64,000 nt of DNA. Source: Centroscyllium fabricii (Eukaryota). Location: positions 222,704,001 to 222,768,000 of the forward strand of contig JBNRSN020000002.1 of assembly GCA_051313645.2 (NCBI GenBank), in the 5' to 3' direction. The notes beneath the pieces were generated by a model. That model ran no database searches. It was not told where the DNA came from and saw nothing but the letters and a program-made list of their open reading frames with translations. Shown in pieces: positions 1 to 13,650 of the stretch (position 1 is its first letter; every line of letters begins with the position of its first letter). A program made the position numbers and the translations under genes.

Positions 1-796
1 TAGGAAACATGTCCGCGGCCATAAGACCGACCCCCTGGGTGAAAAGGTGCAGCTGCTGCACGCCAACCCGCAGTACGCCTACGTGTAGTTCCTGGACGGG
101 CGCGAGGACACAGTTTCCATCAGGATCCTAGCGCCCGCCTGGTGCACCACAGCAGAGCCCCTGGTCGAGCCTCAGCCCGACCAGCCACCGCCTACCGACC
201 ACTGGCCTACACACCAACCACAACCTACCGGATACTGGCCTAGGCACACACACACACCGGGGCCCCCGACACTACCAGCTGAGCACCCAGAACCAGACGC
301 CACACCGCAGGCACAGCTACCGGAGGACCCGGCTCCGCCGCCACAACCGGCACCAGCGCCGCTACCAGAACCCCGGCGGTCCTCAAGGCAGACACGACCA
401 CCGGAGAGACTCATCGTGAACTGTTGAGCTGGACTCATACAAAAAAATATTTTTTGCACTAACCGCTTCTGTCCATTCACCCCGCCGGACTCAATTTTCA
501 AAGAAGGGGTGAATGTGGTAATCATGATTACCGCTGTATATAGTTGAGTTACACTATAGACCAGCATGTATAGTGGCTGGGTGCTTTGTATATAGTTTTG
601 TATAATGACACTGTCGCGAGGTGAGGTCAGCCACACCTCTAACTCCTCCCCTCAGGTGAGAGCCTTATAGGTGAGGTCTGACCTGCCCCCATTCATTCTG
701 TACTGAATGTTCGACTGGAGACTAGCTCCATTTTAAAGTGATTAAAAGCCTCTAGTTAAGGTAACTACTCGTCTTTGTCTTATTGACGATACGTCA
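1..796 (+). mobile_element. 3' end of Mag-like Ty3/Gypsy retrotransposon (integrase C-terminus, PPT 501-513, 3' LTR 514-796)
   Basis: Translates RKHVRGHKTDP..VQLLHANPQYAYV*, as in the integrases at 29024-29980 and 35317-36312; aagaaggggtgaa precedes TGTGG...ACGTCA LTR. Confidence 0.9.
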
Positions 797-1439
797 ACCC
801 CTGCCTCGTAGGCAGGAGGGCTTGAAACTTGGGGCTTGGGAGTTTGCCGCAGCTCAAGTGCGGTAATGTGGGGGTTTTATTTTCTTTTGTGAATGTTTTA
901 AGTAATGGTGTTTTTGTAATTGGTTTTAAATAAAAGAATTCTGTGAGTTTCTATACTTATCGCATTGATCCCCACATCCTGAAATAACACATTTCTGAGC
1001 AATTCTTACCAATTTAAAAAAAAATCACAGGCCAGAATTAGAAAAAAATCACAGGCCAGAATTTATTAAAAGAAATCTCATGCCACAATAATTATTAGTA
1101 ATTTTTAAACCATCTGATCAAAATTTATAACTTTAAAACATTTTTGTAAAATATATTATCACGTGGAAGGGTTTTCTATACAATACACTAAGGCTATCTG
1201 GAATTCAAAAGAAGTGTCAGTAGGTTTACTTGGGTAACCAGCTTCCATGTTCCAGCATTAATTGCAAAAAACAGCCACACATCTGCTCCTTGCAGCATTT
1301 TAATGTAATTTCCTGTAGAACACTGCTGCATGGAAGTGCTGTGTCAATGTTTTGTGGGCTAGACACCACACAATTTAATGGGGTGTCACCGCCTTACTGG
1401 GGAGTGTTCAGGCTGTCTTGACTCTTAGAACAGACACAG

Positions 1440-3030
1440 ACTACAGCAACAACAACTTGCATTTAAGTAATGCCTGTGAGGTGGTAAAACATCCCAAGAT
1501 GCATCACAGGAGCGTTATCAAACAAAATTTGATACTGAGCCACATAAGGAACTATATGGGCAGAGACTTGGTCAAAGAGATAAGTTTTAAGGAATGTCTT
1601 AAAGGTGGAAAGAGAGGTTTAGGGAGGGAATTTCAGAGCTTAGGGTCTCGCCAGCTGAAGACACAGCTGTCAATGGAGAAGTGAATAAAATCGGGATGTG
1701 CAAGAGGCCAGAAATGGAGGAGTGCAGATATCTCAGAGGTTTGGGGTGGGTGGGGGGCTGGAGGAGGTTACAGAGATAGGGAGGGGTGAGGCCATGGAGG
1801 GTTTTGAAAACAAGGATGAGAGTTTTAAAATTGAGGCATTGCTGAACCAGGAGCCAATGTAGGTCAGTGAGCACAGGGCTGATGAGTGAACGCTACTTGG
1901 TGCAAGTCAAGACACAGGTGGCAAAAAATAATGAGCTTAAGTTTATGGAGGGTGAAGATGGGAGGCCAGCCAGGAGTGTGTTAGAGTAATCAAGTCTGGA
2001 GGTAACAAAGGCATGGATGAAGGTTTCAACAGCAGATGAGCTGAGGCAGGAGTGGAGTCGAGCGATGCTATGGAGGTGGAAATAGGCGGTCTTAGTGATG
2101 ACGTGGATGTGTGGTCAGAAGCTCATCTCATGGTCAAATACGATACCAAGGTTGCGAACAGTCATGTTCAGCCTCAGACAGTTGCCAGGGAGAGGGATGG
2201 AGTTGTGACTCGGGAACGGAGTTTGTGGCGGGAACTGAAGATAGTGGCCCAGAAATTCGGGTCGGAGGCTTCCCGCGGGTACAAGCCTCCGACCTGCACT
2301 TAGCTAGCGTGCTGGCTGTTGAGCTGGGGGCCCGTGTGGGATTCCGATCCTGGGCCTCCTCCAATTGCCGGCGCGCAGTGCTTGCGTATCCCAGGGGCGC
2401 AGTTAGATTGATGCGTCCCCTGGGATCACATGGGCCACGGAGAGCCAATGGTAGCAGGGAATGCCCATTCATAAAATTGACAAGAGCTGTCAAAACTATA
2501 AATACTGTAAGCCCCAAAACATAACTAAAACTTCAAATACATTTTTTTTTAAATCACATTTTAAAAATAACTAAATTACATAAAATAACTTTTAAACAAT
2601 AATTTAAAATTTTGAAAAAATTTATTACATTTTCTAATGGGGCTAAAAATAAACTTACCCTTTTTTAAAAGTATTTAAAAATAATAAACCTGTGGAAAAA
2701 ATGTTTTAATTTTAATTAATTCACCACTTACCTTGTTAAAAGCAGGCCTTGCGCCTGCTTTTTAAAAATGTAACTCCTGGAGACTTACCCTGCAAAAAAC
2801 CGGAAGTTCCAAGCGAATGTGCTGCCTCTCCGGCGCACGCGTTCGACCTCTGAACCCCTTCCTTTAAGGGAACGGAGGTTCCGGATTCCCACGCATGCGC
2901 AGTGCATGCATGAAACCGGCACTTGCGTTGGGCCTACGCGTGAGTACCCAGTGCGTACTCACCCATGGAGACCTGAATTTCTGGGCCAATGGCTTTGGTC
3001 TTCCCAATATTTAGTTGGAGGAAATTAATC
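1440..3030 (-). mobile_element. L2-clade LINE 3' fragment, interrupted by a MITE
   Basis: ORF 1599-1874 LTDLHWL..FKTLILVFKTLHGLTPPYL is the typical L2 ORF2 C-terminus; (GTT)n-type tail near 1447; similar copy at 61966-62440. Confidence 0.8.
2246..2987. mobile_element. Non-autonomous TIR element (Harbinger-like MITE)
   Basis: TIR ggcccagaaattc / gaatttctgggcc; 3-bp flanks agt/aat; splits the L2 sequence. Confidence 0.75.
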
Positions 3031-3485
3031 CAAAAGTTATTATTAAATGCTTGCAAGTTGCTGCCATTTTAAATTTCTTGTGACAACAAATAGTTTATTT
3101 ACTTCAGTGGGGACTTTTTCAATTAGATTTTAGTTGAAGCTTTTCAATGTCACCATGTCATTGACCATGACAGATTTTTCTGTTACAAACCTGCCTGGTT
3201 CAGTACCTTGCCAGGCACAACCAGAAGACCTTTTGAGGATACAGTCAACTTTTTTGACCTATACTTGCTGGTTTAGGAAACAGCTTAAAAAACATCAAAT
3301 TTACACAACACATTCTGCACAAAGGCTTAAAGATCCGAAGCAAGATGCTGTTACAGCACAAAATTATTTTTAAAACATTGAATTTCTTTTACAATATAAA
3401 ATTAGACCTCAAGTGATCCATATATTCATGGATACAGTTTTAAAGATTCCAATTGAAGTTCTTCCTTGTCGATTATATTTGGAGA

Positions 3486-4270
3486 AATGTGAGGTCATCC
3501 ACTTTGGATCCAAGAAAGAGAATTGGAATATTTTCTAAACAGCAAGAGACTAGGAACTGTGGAGAAGGACAGGGATTTGGGTGTCCATCTACACAAATCA
3601 CTAAAAGCTAGTGTACAGGTGAAAATGCAATCAAAAAAGCTAATGAAATGTTGGTCTTTATCTGCAGGGGGCTGGAATACAAAAGTGAGGAAGTGATGCT
3701 TCAGTTGTGCAGAGCCTTGGTCAGACCACATCTGCAGTACTGCATTCAGTTCTGGGCACCAGACCTCAGGAAACATATATTGGCCTTGGAGAAGGTGCAG
3801 TGCAGATTCACCAGAATAACATTGGAGCTTAAAGGGTTAAATTATGAGACCTGATTGCATAACCTTGAGTCTAGAAGGTTGAGGGGTGATCTAATTGAAG
3901 TGTTTAAAATAATAAAGAGATTCCATAGGATGGATATAGTAAATCTATTTCTGCTGGTGGGCGGCAGTGGGAAAGGGGGCTCCAGAACATGGGGCCTCAA
4001 GCTTATAATTGGAGACAGGTAATTTAGGAGTGAAATCAGAAAGCACTTTTTCATACAAAGGGCAGTGGAAATCTGGAACTTTCTGCCTCAAAAAGCTGTG
4101 AATGCCGGATCAATTGAAATTTTCAAGACTGAGTTTGATAGATATTTGTTAGGTAAGCGTATCAAGGGATCTGGAACAAAGGTGAGTAAATGATGTTGAG
4201 GTACAGATTAGCCATGATCTGGTTGAATGGCAGAATAGGCTTGAGGGGCTGAATGGCTTGTTTGTATTCC
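3486..4270 (+). mobile_element. Degenerate CR1 (HER1-like) LINE 3' fragment
   Basis: KCEVIHFG, ALVRPHLQYCIQFWAP motifs; CR1 3' UTR. Confidence 0.9.
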
Positions 4271-4559
4271 TGTGTACTTGTGTTAATGTCAGTTTGGTTA
4301 TTGGAGCATCATCATTAGTCAACCTTTGAAATTCCTCCTTGAGCAAGCTTTTTAATTCCAACAGATATTTTCTTGAGTGGACTGGTTTTATCTCAGGATT
4401 TAAATTCAGGTAATTTTCCCTCTAATCAACCTGTTGCTTGAGAGACATCTGGGTCTCTTTGCTAAGTTGATTCAGGGCTTCCTGGATCTTTCTTCTGGCT
4501 CTAATGTGACCTCAGTCGTGGTGAAAAGTATGCTTTCATAGTGAACCTTGACTAATTCT

Positions 4560-5650
4560 ATTTCTTTCACTGTCTTACTCCCAACAAAGATGTAGAACCC
4601 TTTTTCCTGCCTCTGCATTTGCTTAAAGTTCTAGCATCTTCCAGTTCTCATGACAGGTCATCAACCATAAACGTTGGCCAGAATTTTGCCAGCACTCAGA
4701 GGGCGGGTTTGGAGGCGGGACATCCTACAAAAACGCAAAGATTGACAATGGGTCAGAAACCCGCTGTCAAGCAACCTCCAAACAATCGTGCCAGGTGTCG
4801 GGTCCCCGATCTTGTGCATGGACCCGACACCTAGCAGTGGGAAGACTATTATAGGCACTTAACTGTTTGTTACCAGGTTGTTAACAGACAGTTAAGAGGA
4901 TTTTTGCAATTTTGACAGGTCTGTTGGGGCTTCCCGACGTCTGTACACCACGCTAGGTAATTGTGGCATGCTGTGGGTCTACTGTAATGTTTGTGCATTG
5001 ATGACAGCTGCAGAAGTGGTGTGAAGGATCCAATGGTACACTGGTGAGTTTCCGAGGTAAGAAAATGTTGGGAAATCATTTTTAATGTATTTAGACTTTT
5101 CTGTAAGTGACAAGTTTTGAATTGTTTGTGTAGTCCCACCTCATTGGGAGAACCTCTCTCACCAGTGACAGATCGCTTCTGTAACCTCACCTGTAGCTGC
5201 CATCTGTTCTAGCCTAAGGAGGGAGTCACTGGAGAGCCTGGGTGCAAAGGCTCACCTTTGTACAGTGATTGTCAGTGTTGCAGCACCTTAATGCTGTCAA
5301 ACACTGAAAAACCAGCTGTCAAAAAAAATTATGCGTGGCCACATTAAGAAAACCGGCAGATGACGCGTCATCAACTGACGTCATCTGACACAGGTTGTCT
5401 CTTAATTAGCTGCCAAGCCCGCAGGAGGGCTTAACAAGGCTAATTGACGCAAAATCACATCTGTGCGTTGGACGTCATTTTGGGCGGGATTGGAACCCGG
5501 CAGGCAGCTGTCCCAGTCCCAAGCCGCATCGAGGGGAAACATCGCAGCCGTTAACTCTGTTTCTCTCTCCACAGAATGCTGCCTGAGCTGCTGAGTGTTT
5601 CCAGCATTCTCTGTTTTTATTTCAGATTTCCAGCATCCGCAGTATTTTAT
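4560..5650 (+). mobile_element. Penelope-related short repeat with degenerate hammerhead-ribozyme core, split by a MITE
   Basis: ttctcatgacaggtcatcaaccataaacgtt (4645-4675) rejoins aactctgtttctctctccacag...ttccagcatccgcagtatttt (5553-5649); related reverse copy at ~49005-49070. Confidence 0.5.
4676..5549. mobile_element. Non-autonomous DNA transposon (Harbinger-like)
   Basis: GGC...GCC termini with degenerate TIR; 3-bp TSD GTT (4673-4675 / 5550-5552). Confidence 0.6.
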
Positions 5651-5769
5651 ATAGTTGCTGTTTCTGGCGCCTAAATTATTTGTCGTATTTCTAACCAGTC
5701 TTTGGATTCCCTTTGCGGCTTCACAGAAGCTTTAATGTAATCTTATTATATCTGGTTTGTTTGTTCAAT

Positions 5770-6700
5770 GTTAACCTTTCTCAGATCTGCCTGCTGCCTG
5801 GCTGTGATCATATTGCAGGTTGTACCATAACCAAACTGGAACATAATTAGCCTGCTGTTAATATATATACAGGTAGTAGCACTACTGGTTGGGGTAGTGG
5901 CTACCACTAACAGCTTGACCTGCTCTGCTTCTGCAGGCAGGCTTGATGATTTAATGATTTCTCGTTCTCCATGTCTGCTATTGTATGACATTTGATCTTC
6001 CTCTGGTTCATGGCATAACATTGAGAGACACAATTAGTACATTTTCTGCAATTCTTACACAACAAACTCTACGTGGGATATCTTTCTTTTCATGGTTCAT
6101 CCTTCCACCTATAACACTTACGCATTGATACCGGCAGCTGCTGTTGCTCTGTCCTCTTGCTGGGCTGCAGTCGCACCTTCTTATTTAGAGTGTGGGCTGC
6201 GTCTAAGTTCGCTACACCTCTAATGCATTCTTTAGCGAGCCCTGCAGCTCTTCAGTATTTCAACATTTAACTAAATCTAAATCTGTTTCACTAAGGAGCC
6301 TCTCCTTTAAATGTGACTCTCGAGTTTCACACATGACCCTATCTCTCATCAAAGCTTCATGCAATTTCCCCAAATTGCAGGTAGCTTCTCACAATTTCAG
6401 TTAACTGACATACTTCTCCAGTTGCTCCTCTAGCTCTTGATTACAATTAGTGCTCAAAGGTTTAATTTTTGGGGGTCACCGTGCTCTCATTAAATGCTTG
6501 CACTAGCTCTGCAAAGGTAGGTTCTTCTGATGCTCTAGAAAACTGCACAGCGTTGTATAGCTTGCTGTCCCAAGTGCCTATTAACTACAAAAACATTTTA
6601 ACTATCATTGCAGGTTCCATATACAACAGTAGTTGTTCTTTCCAGCATTTCAGACGTTTGAGAGAGCCCATTGCCTTAAATTCTAACAGTTTTCCTGTTT
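5770..6700 (-). pseudogene. Old degenerate Gypsy gag-protease relic
   Basis: Minus strand reads LMRDRVMCETRESHLKERLLSETDLDL (gag RD....L...LL.E.DL.L motif) and decayed protease-like FQFGYGTTCNMI. Confidence 0.6.
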
Positions 6701-6983
6701 TTTAGCAGTGTTCTGTAGCTACATGCAGGCTTCTGGCACTTCCATTATGCATATCTCAAACTTTAAAAGAAATATATTCTACAGAACTTCTGTGGCATTT
6801 AGTCGGTCAAAAAATTATTTCTAACTTATTTTTTCATTTTTCAAGCTTCAAGTAAAACATTCTTTTTACTTCAGCTATCCTGCAGTGACGTGCAATTTTA
6901 CCTCTTTCAATCTTTTCTTTTCTCTCACTTCATTACTGACATATCTTGCTTGGCTGGTTCATTATATCATTAAGAAGTCATAG

Positions 6984-7255
6984 GCCCTGAAATTCCATGG
7001 AGATTTTACTCCTGCCAGAGTTATGGCGGGAGGCCGGTAGAGCTCCCTCAGTGCTAGAGTATTTATTTGCAAATAAGAATATTCACCAGTAATGTCCACA
7101 GGGTGCAATCCTGATCTCCTGCCGTGACGTTGGAAGATTGGCAGAAACCCCCGAGAAACGGCAGGAAGAGCTGTACATGGAGCTTCTCTGGGGGTTTCGA
7201 TGATCTTCCACCAAAGTTACTGCAGGGTATCGGAGAACTCCTGTGCAAATTCTAC
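6984..7255. mobile_element. Short Harbinger-like MITE
   Basis: ggccctgaaattcc start with degenerate inverted end; GC-rich insert in AT-rich DNA. Confidence 0.35.
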
Positions 7256-7325
7256 CACATTTTGTTTTACAAGAGCCTTCACTACCTAAGGCACTGCACC
7301 TCAGCCCTCATATAAGTTCAATGTA

Positions 7326-7775
7326 AAAAAACTTGCATTTATATCACGCCTTTCATGACCTCAGGACATCCCAAAGTACTTTACAGCCAATGAAGTACTT
7401 TTGAAGTGTAGTCACTATTGTAACGTAGGAAACATGGCAGCCAATTTGCGCACAGCAAGCTCCCACAAGCTGTAATGTGACAATGACCAGATAATCTGTT
7501 TTAGTGATGTTGATTGAGGGATAAATATTGGCCAGGACACCGGGTAGAACTTCCATGCACTTCTTCGAAATAGTGCCATGGGATCTTTTACATCCACCTA
7601 AGAGAGCAGATGGGGCCTCAGTTTAATGTCTCATCTGAAAGACGGCTCCTCCGACTGTGCAGCACTTCCTCAGCACTGCACTGAAGTGCCAGTCTCGACT
7701 TTGCTCAAGTCTCTGGAGTGGGACATGAACCCAAAACCTTCTGACTCAGAGGCACAAATGCTACCAGCTGACATC
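7326..7775 (-). mobile_element. DeuSINE (SacSINE1-like) tRNA-derived SINE
   Basis: Minus-strand tRNA-like head (ctgagtcagaagg..gggttca..cccactcc), Deu-type core, L2-like 3' tail ending aaatgcaagtt. Confidence 0.75.
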
Positions 7776-8366
7776 GCCACATGTAAACAAAGACAGGTCA
7801 TTGTTCAGCTTGTACACCAACTAATGCTATTCTGGGTGTCTACAAGGAAGCTAACTGCTAGTTGTTGCAATGTAGCAATTCACCTTTTTGCACTTAATGC
7901 TAAATCACATCTTTTTTATAAAGGTTCAAATTTAAAAAAGTAAGTTAAATAAAAAAACAGATTGTAAAGGGTTAGGGTGGGGCAGCCTCAGCCCAATTTT
8001 TGTGTTTGCTTCTGTGCTGTATCCAAATTAGGCACAGTAAAATAGTGAGCATCGGACACAGTGAGCCTGTAAGGTGTGTCTTTGCACTATGCGCTGCCTT
8101 TGGGAAAAGCCATACCATAGGAGGCTGAAACTGGGCAACCAGAGTTCCCTCAGTCCACCCACATCGCAAGTGGTGCTCCTGACAGAGCCGAGGGAGCACT
8201 TCTCTCATTTTCTGGCAGACTGTTGGTTGATGAATTATAGTGTGAGCAAATCATATGTACTACATACGGCTCCTTTATTTATAAACCTCTGCTGTGTTTC
8301 ATATCAACATTAATGTCACTTAAACCTTTTGTCTAAGGCAGACCAGGAAACCCTGCCATCCTAATA

Positions 8367-8716
8367 CAGGAAACTCTTGTTTAACCGACACCCAAATATC
8401 CGGAATTCTCTATTAACCGGCAAAATTCTCATCTGGAAACAACGCCTCAATAACCAGCAATGTTGCTGAGTCCGAGTCTCCTGTGGTGGCTGAGTTAATC
8501 AGTGGGGGTAGTTCTCCAAACTGCCACAATCCACATCCATTTAACACAACATTCTGTAGGTGAGTACCCAATTACTGTATACCGCACATTTCTTGATTTT
8601 TAAAATTTTCTTTGTTAAAAATAGCCTCGGTAGATAACTCTCTCCGTTATCCGGACATTTTGATAAACCGGCAATACGCCGGTCCCGTCGGTGCCGGATA
8701 TCAGAGAGTTTCCGTG
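8367..8716. mobile_element. pogo/Tigger-like MITE
   Basis: TA-caggaaactct ... agagtttccgtg imperfect TIR; internal aaccgg/atccgg subterminal motifs. Confidence 0.6.
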
Positions 8717-9457
8717 CAACACCATGCCAAACAATATACTTCATAGTCAGTCTATCATTTCAAGGGGAGGGGAGAGAATATTTTAAATAAAAAAAGCAAA
8801 CAATTACATGTTACAAAATACATAAAGTAAGTATTGCATTAAAAGGATGCTTGGATTTACTGTCATTGCCTCTGCACTAAAAAGATTCAGCATCAGATTA
8901 AAATATCAAGAAACTGTTCTGCTAGATATTGGCATTATTACTGTCTTGTGATTAACTGTAAACTATTGCTTGGCAAACCTGACTGACTACATCACAGCCA
9001 TTAATCCTTCAGTTGTGGATGTTGTATGCATTAACAACATGTCATGGGCACGGCAGGTGGTAGCCAAATAAAGGACAGCTTACAGGAACAAAACAAACCA
9101 AATCACCTCTGAACTTTCTGCATATATAAAATTGTTGCATCTGGTGTGCTGTTCCATTGTCCATAAGGTGTATGTAAGATCTGGAAAGGTTCTTCATGTG
9201 CCCATAGCTACAAAGCACTCTGCTTAGTTTAAATTTCCCAGGAAATGGTTCTTAACACTTCGGGGGAGGAATTGGTCATCTTTGTGGAAAACAGGACAAA
9301 AGGTACCAATTTCAGAGCCCCTGAAATATGTCTGACTGCATAATGGTGCCCACCTAAAACAGGCGTTAGGATCCTTGAATAGGTTAATGGGAAACCTCCG
9401 GGCACTGAGGTTGCTTCTGCTGTTCAGCTGGGGGGGAAAAGGCATGAGAGAGCAATA

Positions 9458-9958
9458 GTGGTAGGGGACTCTATCGTAAGGAGAGCAGATAGGCGTTTCT
9501 GTGGCCGTAGACGTGACTCCAGGATGGTCTGTTGCCTCCCTGGTGCCAGGGTCAAGGATGTCACGGAACGGCTGCAGGACATCCTGAAATGGGAGGGAAA
9601 CCAGCCAGAGGTCGTTGTACACATAGGAATCAACGACACACGTAAAAAGAGGGATGAGGTCCTGCAACAAGAATTCAGGGAGCTAGGCAGAAAGTTAAAG
9701 TGCAGGACCTCAAAGGTTGTAATCTCTGGATTACTCCCTGTGCCACGATTTAGTGAGTATAGGAATAGAAGGATAGAGCAGCTTAATACGTGGCTCAAGA
9801 GTTGGTGCAGGAGGGAGGGCTTTAGTTTCCTGGATAACTGGCCCTGTTTCTGGGAAAGGTGGGACTTGTATGGGGACGACGGTCTCCACCTTAACCGGAA
9901 GGGGACCAATATCCTGGCGGGGAGGTTTGCTAGCATGGTTGGGGAGGGTTTAAACTAA
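9458..9958 (+). CDS. CR1 ORF1 C-terminal SGNH/GDSL esterase-like domain (partial)
   Basis: VGDSIVR, CLPGARVKDV, HIGIND, DGLHLN blocks. Confidence 0.9.
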   Translation: MVGDSIVRRADRRFCGRRRDSRMVCCLPGARVKDVTERLQDILKWEGNQPEVVVHIGINDTRKKRDEVLQQEFRELGRKLKCRTSKVVISGLLPVPRFSEYRNRRIEQLNTWLKSWCRREGFSFLDNWPCFWERWDLYGDDGLHLNRKGTNILAGRFASMVGEGLN

Positions 9959-10029
9959 CTTGGCAGGGGGATGGGATAGGTAGTGGAAAAGAGGGAGGTC
10001 ATAGGAAGCCAGAAACAAATGGTAGGAAG

Positions 10030-12899
10030 GTGAGAAACAATAAGCAAGGGAGAGAAACACAAAGGGCCAAACAAATTCATAATAATGTGATCAAAACAAG
10101 CCTAAAGGCTTTGTATCTTAATGCAAGAAGCATTAGGAACAAGGTGGATGAACTAGCTGTGGAAATAGAGGTAAGCAAATATGAGCTGATTGGAATTACG
10201 GAAACATGGCTGCAGGGGGCGCAAGGCTGGGAACTCAACATCCCGGGGTATACAACATTCAGAAAGGATCGGCACAAAAGAAAGGGAGGTGGGGTGGCAT
10301 TGCTGGTGAAAGAGGGGATAAATGCAATTGAAAGGAAGGATATTAACTCAGATGATATGGAATCTATATGGGTAGAACTAAGAAATAGTAAAGGGCGGAA
10401 AACATTAGTGGGAGTTATATACAGGCCTCCAAATAGTAATATGGAGGTGGGGGACGGCATAAAAAGGGAAATTAGAGAAGCTTGCGATAAGGGCACAGCT
10501 GTCGTCATGGGCGACTTTAATCTACATATTGATTGGACTAGCCAAGTTAGTAAAAATAGTGAGGAGGAGGAATTCCTAGAATGTCTATGGGATGGGTATC
10601 TGGACCAATATGTCGAGGAACCAACTCGGGATCAGGCCATCTTAGACTGGGTATTGTGCAATGAGAAGGGACTAATTAACAATCTCGTTGTACGAGGCCC
10701 CTTGGGGCGGAGCGATCATAATATGATCGAATTCTCAGTTGAGATGGAAAGTGAAAAGATCAACTCAGAGACTAAGGTCCTGAATTTAAATAAAGGGAAT
10801 TATGAAGGTATGAGAAGGGAATTAAGCAAGATAGATTGGGCAGTGTTCCTGGGGGGATTGAATGTGGATAGACAATGGCAAGCATTCAAGTATAGGATGG
10901 AAGAAATACAGAACTCGTGCATATCGGTTTGGCATAAGAATAAACCTAGAAAGGTGACTCAACCGTGGATAACAAGGGAAATAAGGGACAACATTAAATC
11001 CAAAAAATGGGCATATCAATTGGCCAAAAAAAGTACTAGGCCGGAAGATTGGGAGCAGTTCAGGATACAGCAAAGGGATTAATCAGGAGGGGGAAGATAG
11101 ATTATGAATGTAAGCTTGCGGCAAACATAAAAACTGACTGCAAAAGCTTTTATAGGTACATCAAGAGGAAAAGATTGGTAAAATCACAAGTCGTTCCCTT
11201 GCAGTCCGATTCAGGGGAATATATAATGGGGAATAAAGAAATGGCAGACCAACTAAACTCATATTTTGGTTCTGTCTTCACAAAGGAGGACACAAGCAAC
11301 CTCCCAGGGATAGCAGCGAACATAGGGTCCAAGGCAAGGGAGGAGCTGACAGATATCATTATTTCTAGGGAGATGGTTTTGGGGAAGTTGAAGGGATTGA
11401 AGGCCGACAAATCCCCAGGTCCTGATAATCTACATCCTAGGGTACTTAAAGAGGTAGCCCCGGAAATAGAGGGTGCATTAAGGATCATTTTCCAGAACTC
11501 AATAGACTCTGGATCAGTACCCACGGATTGGAGGGTGGCTAATGTTACCCCACTCTTTAAAAAGGAGGGCAGAGAGAAAGCAGGGAATTATAGACCAGTA
11601 AGCCTTACATCAGTAGTGGGCAAAATGCTCGAGTCCATCATCAAGGATGTAATCTCGGAACATTTGACAAGTAGGGATGAGATCGGACAGAGTCAACACG
11701 GGTTTACAAAAGGTAAATCATGTTTAACTAATCTATTGGAATTCTTTGAGGAAGTAACTCGGAAAATAGATGGCGGAGAGCCAGTAGATGTGGTGTACCT
11801 TGACTTCCAGAAAGCTTTTGATAAGGTTCCACATAAAAGATTAGCATGTAAAATTAAGGCTCATGGGATTGGGGGCAAAGTTTTGATGTGGATAGAGAAC
11901 TGGTTGGCAGACAGAAAACAGAGAGTTGGAATTAACGGCTCATTTTCTGAGTGGCAGTCGGTGACTAGTGGAGTACCGCAGGGGTCTGTCCTGGGACCTC
12001 AGCTGTTTACAATATATATTAATGATCTGGATCAGGGAATTGAATGTAATATCTCCAAATTTGCGGACAACACCAAACTAGGAGGGGGGGCAGGCTCTGA
12101 AGAAGGTGTCAGGAAGCTACAGGGCGATTTGGATAAGTTGGGGGACTGGGCAGATAGATGGCAGATGCACTATAATGTGGATAAATGTGAGGTTATACAC
12201 TTTGGGGGCAAAAACAGGAGGGCAGATTACTACTTAAATGGCAATAGATTGGGAGATGGGGAGGTGCAGAGAGACCTAGGTGTTCTTGTACACCAGTCGC
12301 TGAAGGCGAGCACGCAGGTGCAGCAGGCGGTTGGGAAGGCAAATGGTATGTTGGCCTTCATATCAAGAGGGTTCGAGTATCGGAATAAGGATACCTTACT
12401 GCAGCTGTACAAGGCACTGGTGAGACCACACCTCGAGTATTGTGTACAGTTCTGGTCGCCTCGCCTGAGGAAGGATGTTCTTGCCATGGAAGGAGTGCAG
12501 CGGCGTTTCACCAGGCTGATTCCTGGAATGGCAGGAATGACCTACGAGGAGAGATTGTGTAGTCTGGGCTTGTACTCGTTGGAGTTTAGAAGATTGAAAG
12601 GCGATCTCATTGAGACGTATAAAATTCTGAAAGGTCTGGACAGGCTAGATTCAGAGAGAATGTTTCCAATGACAGGGGAGTCCAGAACCAGGGGCCACAG
12701 TCTAAGGATAAGGGGTAAACCATTTAGGACAGACATGAGGAAGAATTTCTTCACTCAGAGAGTGGTGGGCCTGTGGAATTCCCTGCCACAGAGGGCAGTG
12801 GAGGCCAGTTCATTAAACATATTCAAGAGGGAATTGGATATATTTCTTCAAGCTAAAGGGATTAAAGGTTATGGAGAAAAGGCGGGGACGGGGTACTAG
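10030..12899 (+). pseudogene. CR1 ORF2 (APE endonuclease + reverse transcriptase), one frameshift near 11075
   Basis: YLNARS, ITETWL, GDFN, SDH endonuclease motifs; [10 protein letters not shown] and FADN (for FADD) RT motifs. Confidence 0.95.
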
Positions 12900-13174
12900 C
12901 TTGCTAAAGATCAGCCATGATCTCATTGAATGGCGGAGCAGGCTCGAAGGGCTGAATGGCCTACTCCTGCTCCTATCTTCTATGATTCTATGATTCTATG
13001 AAACCTACTGCCTGCAGAGGGACATTCCCATAAAACTCATCAGAACTGGCGCCGTGCCTGCTCTGCGCTGCTCAGTGTTTTGGACTGTACTGGGGCCTAA
13101 CCAGAATTCCTTATAGAGACCACTGGAGGCTGCCACCAAAAAGGTAAGTACATTTAAAAAAAGTAAATAAATAA

Positions 13175-13650
13175 GTACAGTGGATGTAGTATATTTGGAT
13201 TTACAAAAGGCATTCGATAAGGTGTCACATTAAAGTTTGACACACAAAATAAGGGCTCATGGGGTTGGGGGCAATATATTAGCATAGATAGAGGATTGGT
13301 TAACGGACAGAAAATAGAGAACAGGGATAAACGGGTCATTTTCAGGTTGACAGGCTGTAACTAGTGGGGTGCCACAAGGATCAGTGTTGGAGCCTCAGCT
13401 ATTTACAATCTATATTAATGACTTAGATGAAGGGACCAAGTGTAATGTATCCAAGTTTGCTGATGATACAAAGCTAGGTGGGAAAGTAAGCTGTGAGGAG
13501 GAGAAAGGAGCCTGCAAAGGGATATAAACAAGTTAAGTGAGTGGGCAATAAGGTGGCAGATGGAGGAAACTGTGGGGAAATGTGAGGTTATCAACTTTGG
13601 TAGGAAGAATAGAAAAACAGAATACTTTTTAAATGGTGAGAAACTATTAA
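13175..13650 (+). mobile_element. Degenerate CR1 RT fragment
   Basis: [25 protein letters not shown] readable across frameshifts. Confidence 0.85.

Larger units (their letters stand above)
9398..13000 (+). mobile_element. 5'-truncated, near full-length CR1 (HER1-like) LINE
   Basis: ORF1 end plus ORF2 plus (ATTCTATG)n tail; TSD aaacct at 9392-9397 and 13001-13006. Confidence 0.95.

Noticed and set aside
1017-1062. Direct repeat aaaaaaatcacaggccagaatt x2
   Set aside because: Simple local tandem duplication with no further structure
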